Below the pieces are notes generated by a model, which worked only from the letters and a program-made list of their open reading frames with translations, searched no databases and was not told the DNA's origin. A stretch of DNA of 64,000 bases from Octopus sinensis (taxonomy: Eukaryota), in contig NC_042998.1 of the NCBI RefSeq assembly GCF_006345805.1, positions 167,524,001-167,588,000 on the forward strand, given 5' to 3'. Each line of letters begins with the position of its first letter. Within the stretch, counting starts at the first letter, position 1. This document shows, piece after piece, positions 63,912 through 64,000 of the stretch. The translations under genes and the position numbers were made by a program.

Positions 63912-64000
63912 ACTTTTTCACTTCCCGAGCATTAAACTAATACATCTGTTTGTCTAAACCACCTGTCTTCGTCTTTTGTCTTGTTTTTTTTTTGTGAATT

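Overview
This is AT-rich, repeat-dense eukaryotic DNA. The SINE families and microsatellite style suggest a coleoid cephalopod, probably Octopus (inference). No host gene can be named, and nearly all listed ORFs are microsatellite translations or transposon debris. Recognisable content: tRNA-derived SINEs of at least 3 families; one Tc1 and five mariner relics; Dong/R4-like, RTE-like and Hero-like LINE fragments; a Penelope GIY-YIG fragment; hAT-type and other MITEs; and a Helitron-type non-autonomous element. The main unannotated signal is a dense set of hammerhead ribozyme (HHR) motifs found by manual folding. There are about ten complete or nearly complete type I motifs and several half motifs. 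They include a full-length HHR in a ~360-nt tandem unit (retrozyme-like) abutting an RTE 3' end, a natural G3-C8 core swap, and HHRs with very long stem II. Core-intact motifs are mostly on the minus strand, while plus-strand copies are broken or variant. Several of these elements sit in fold-back inverted duplications. Two plus-strand candidate exons suggest the window may be intronic. All folds and alignments were done by eye and need computational and biochemical confirmation.
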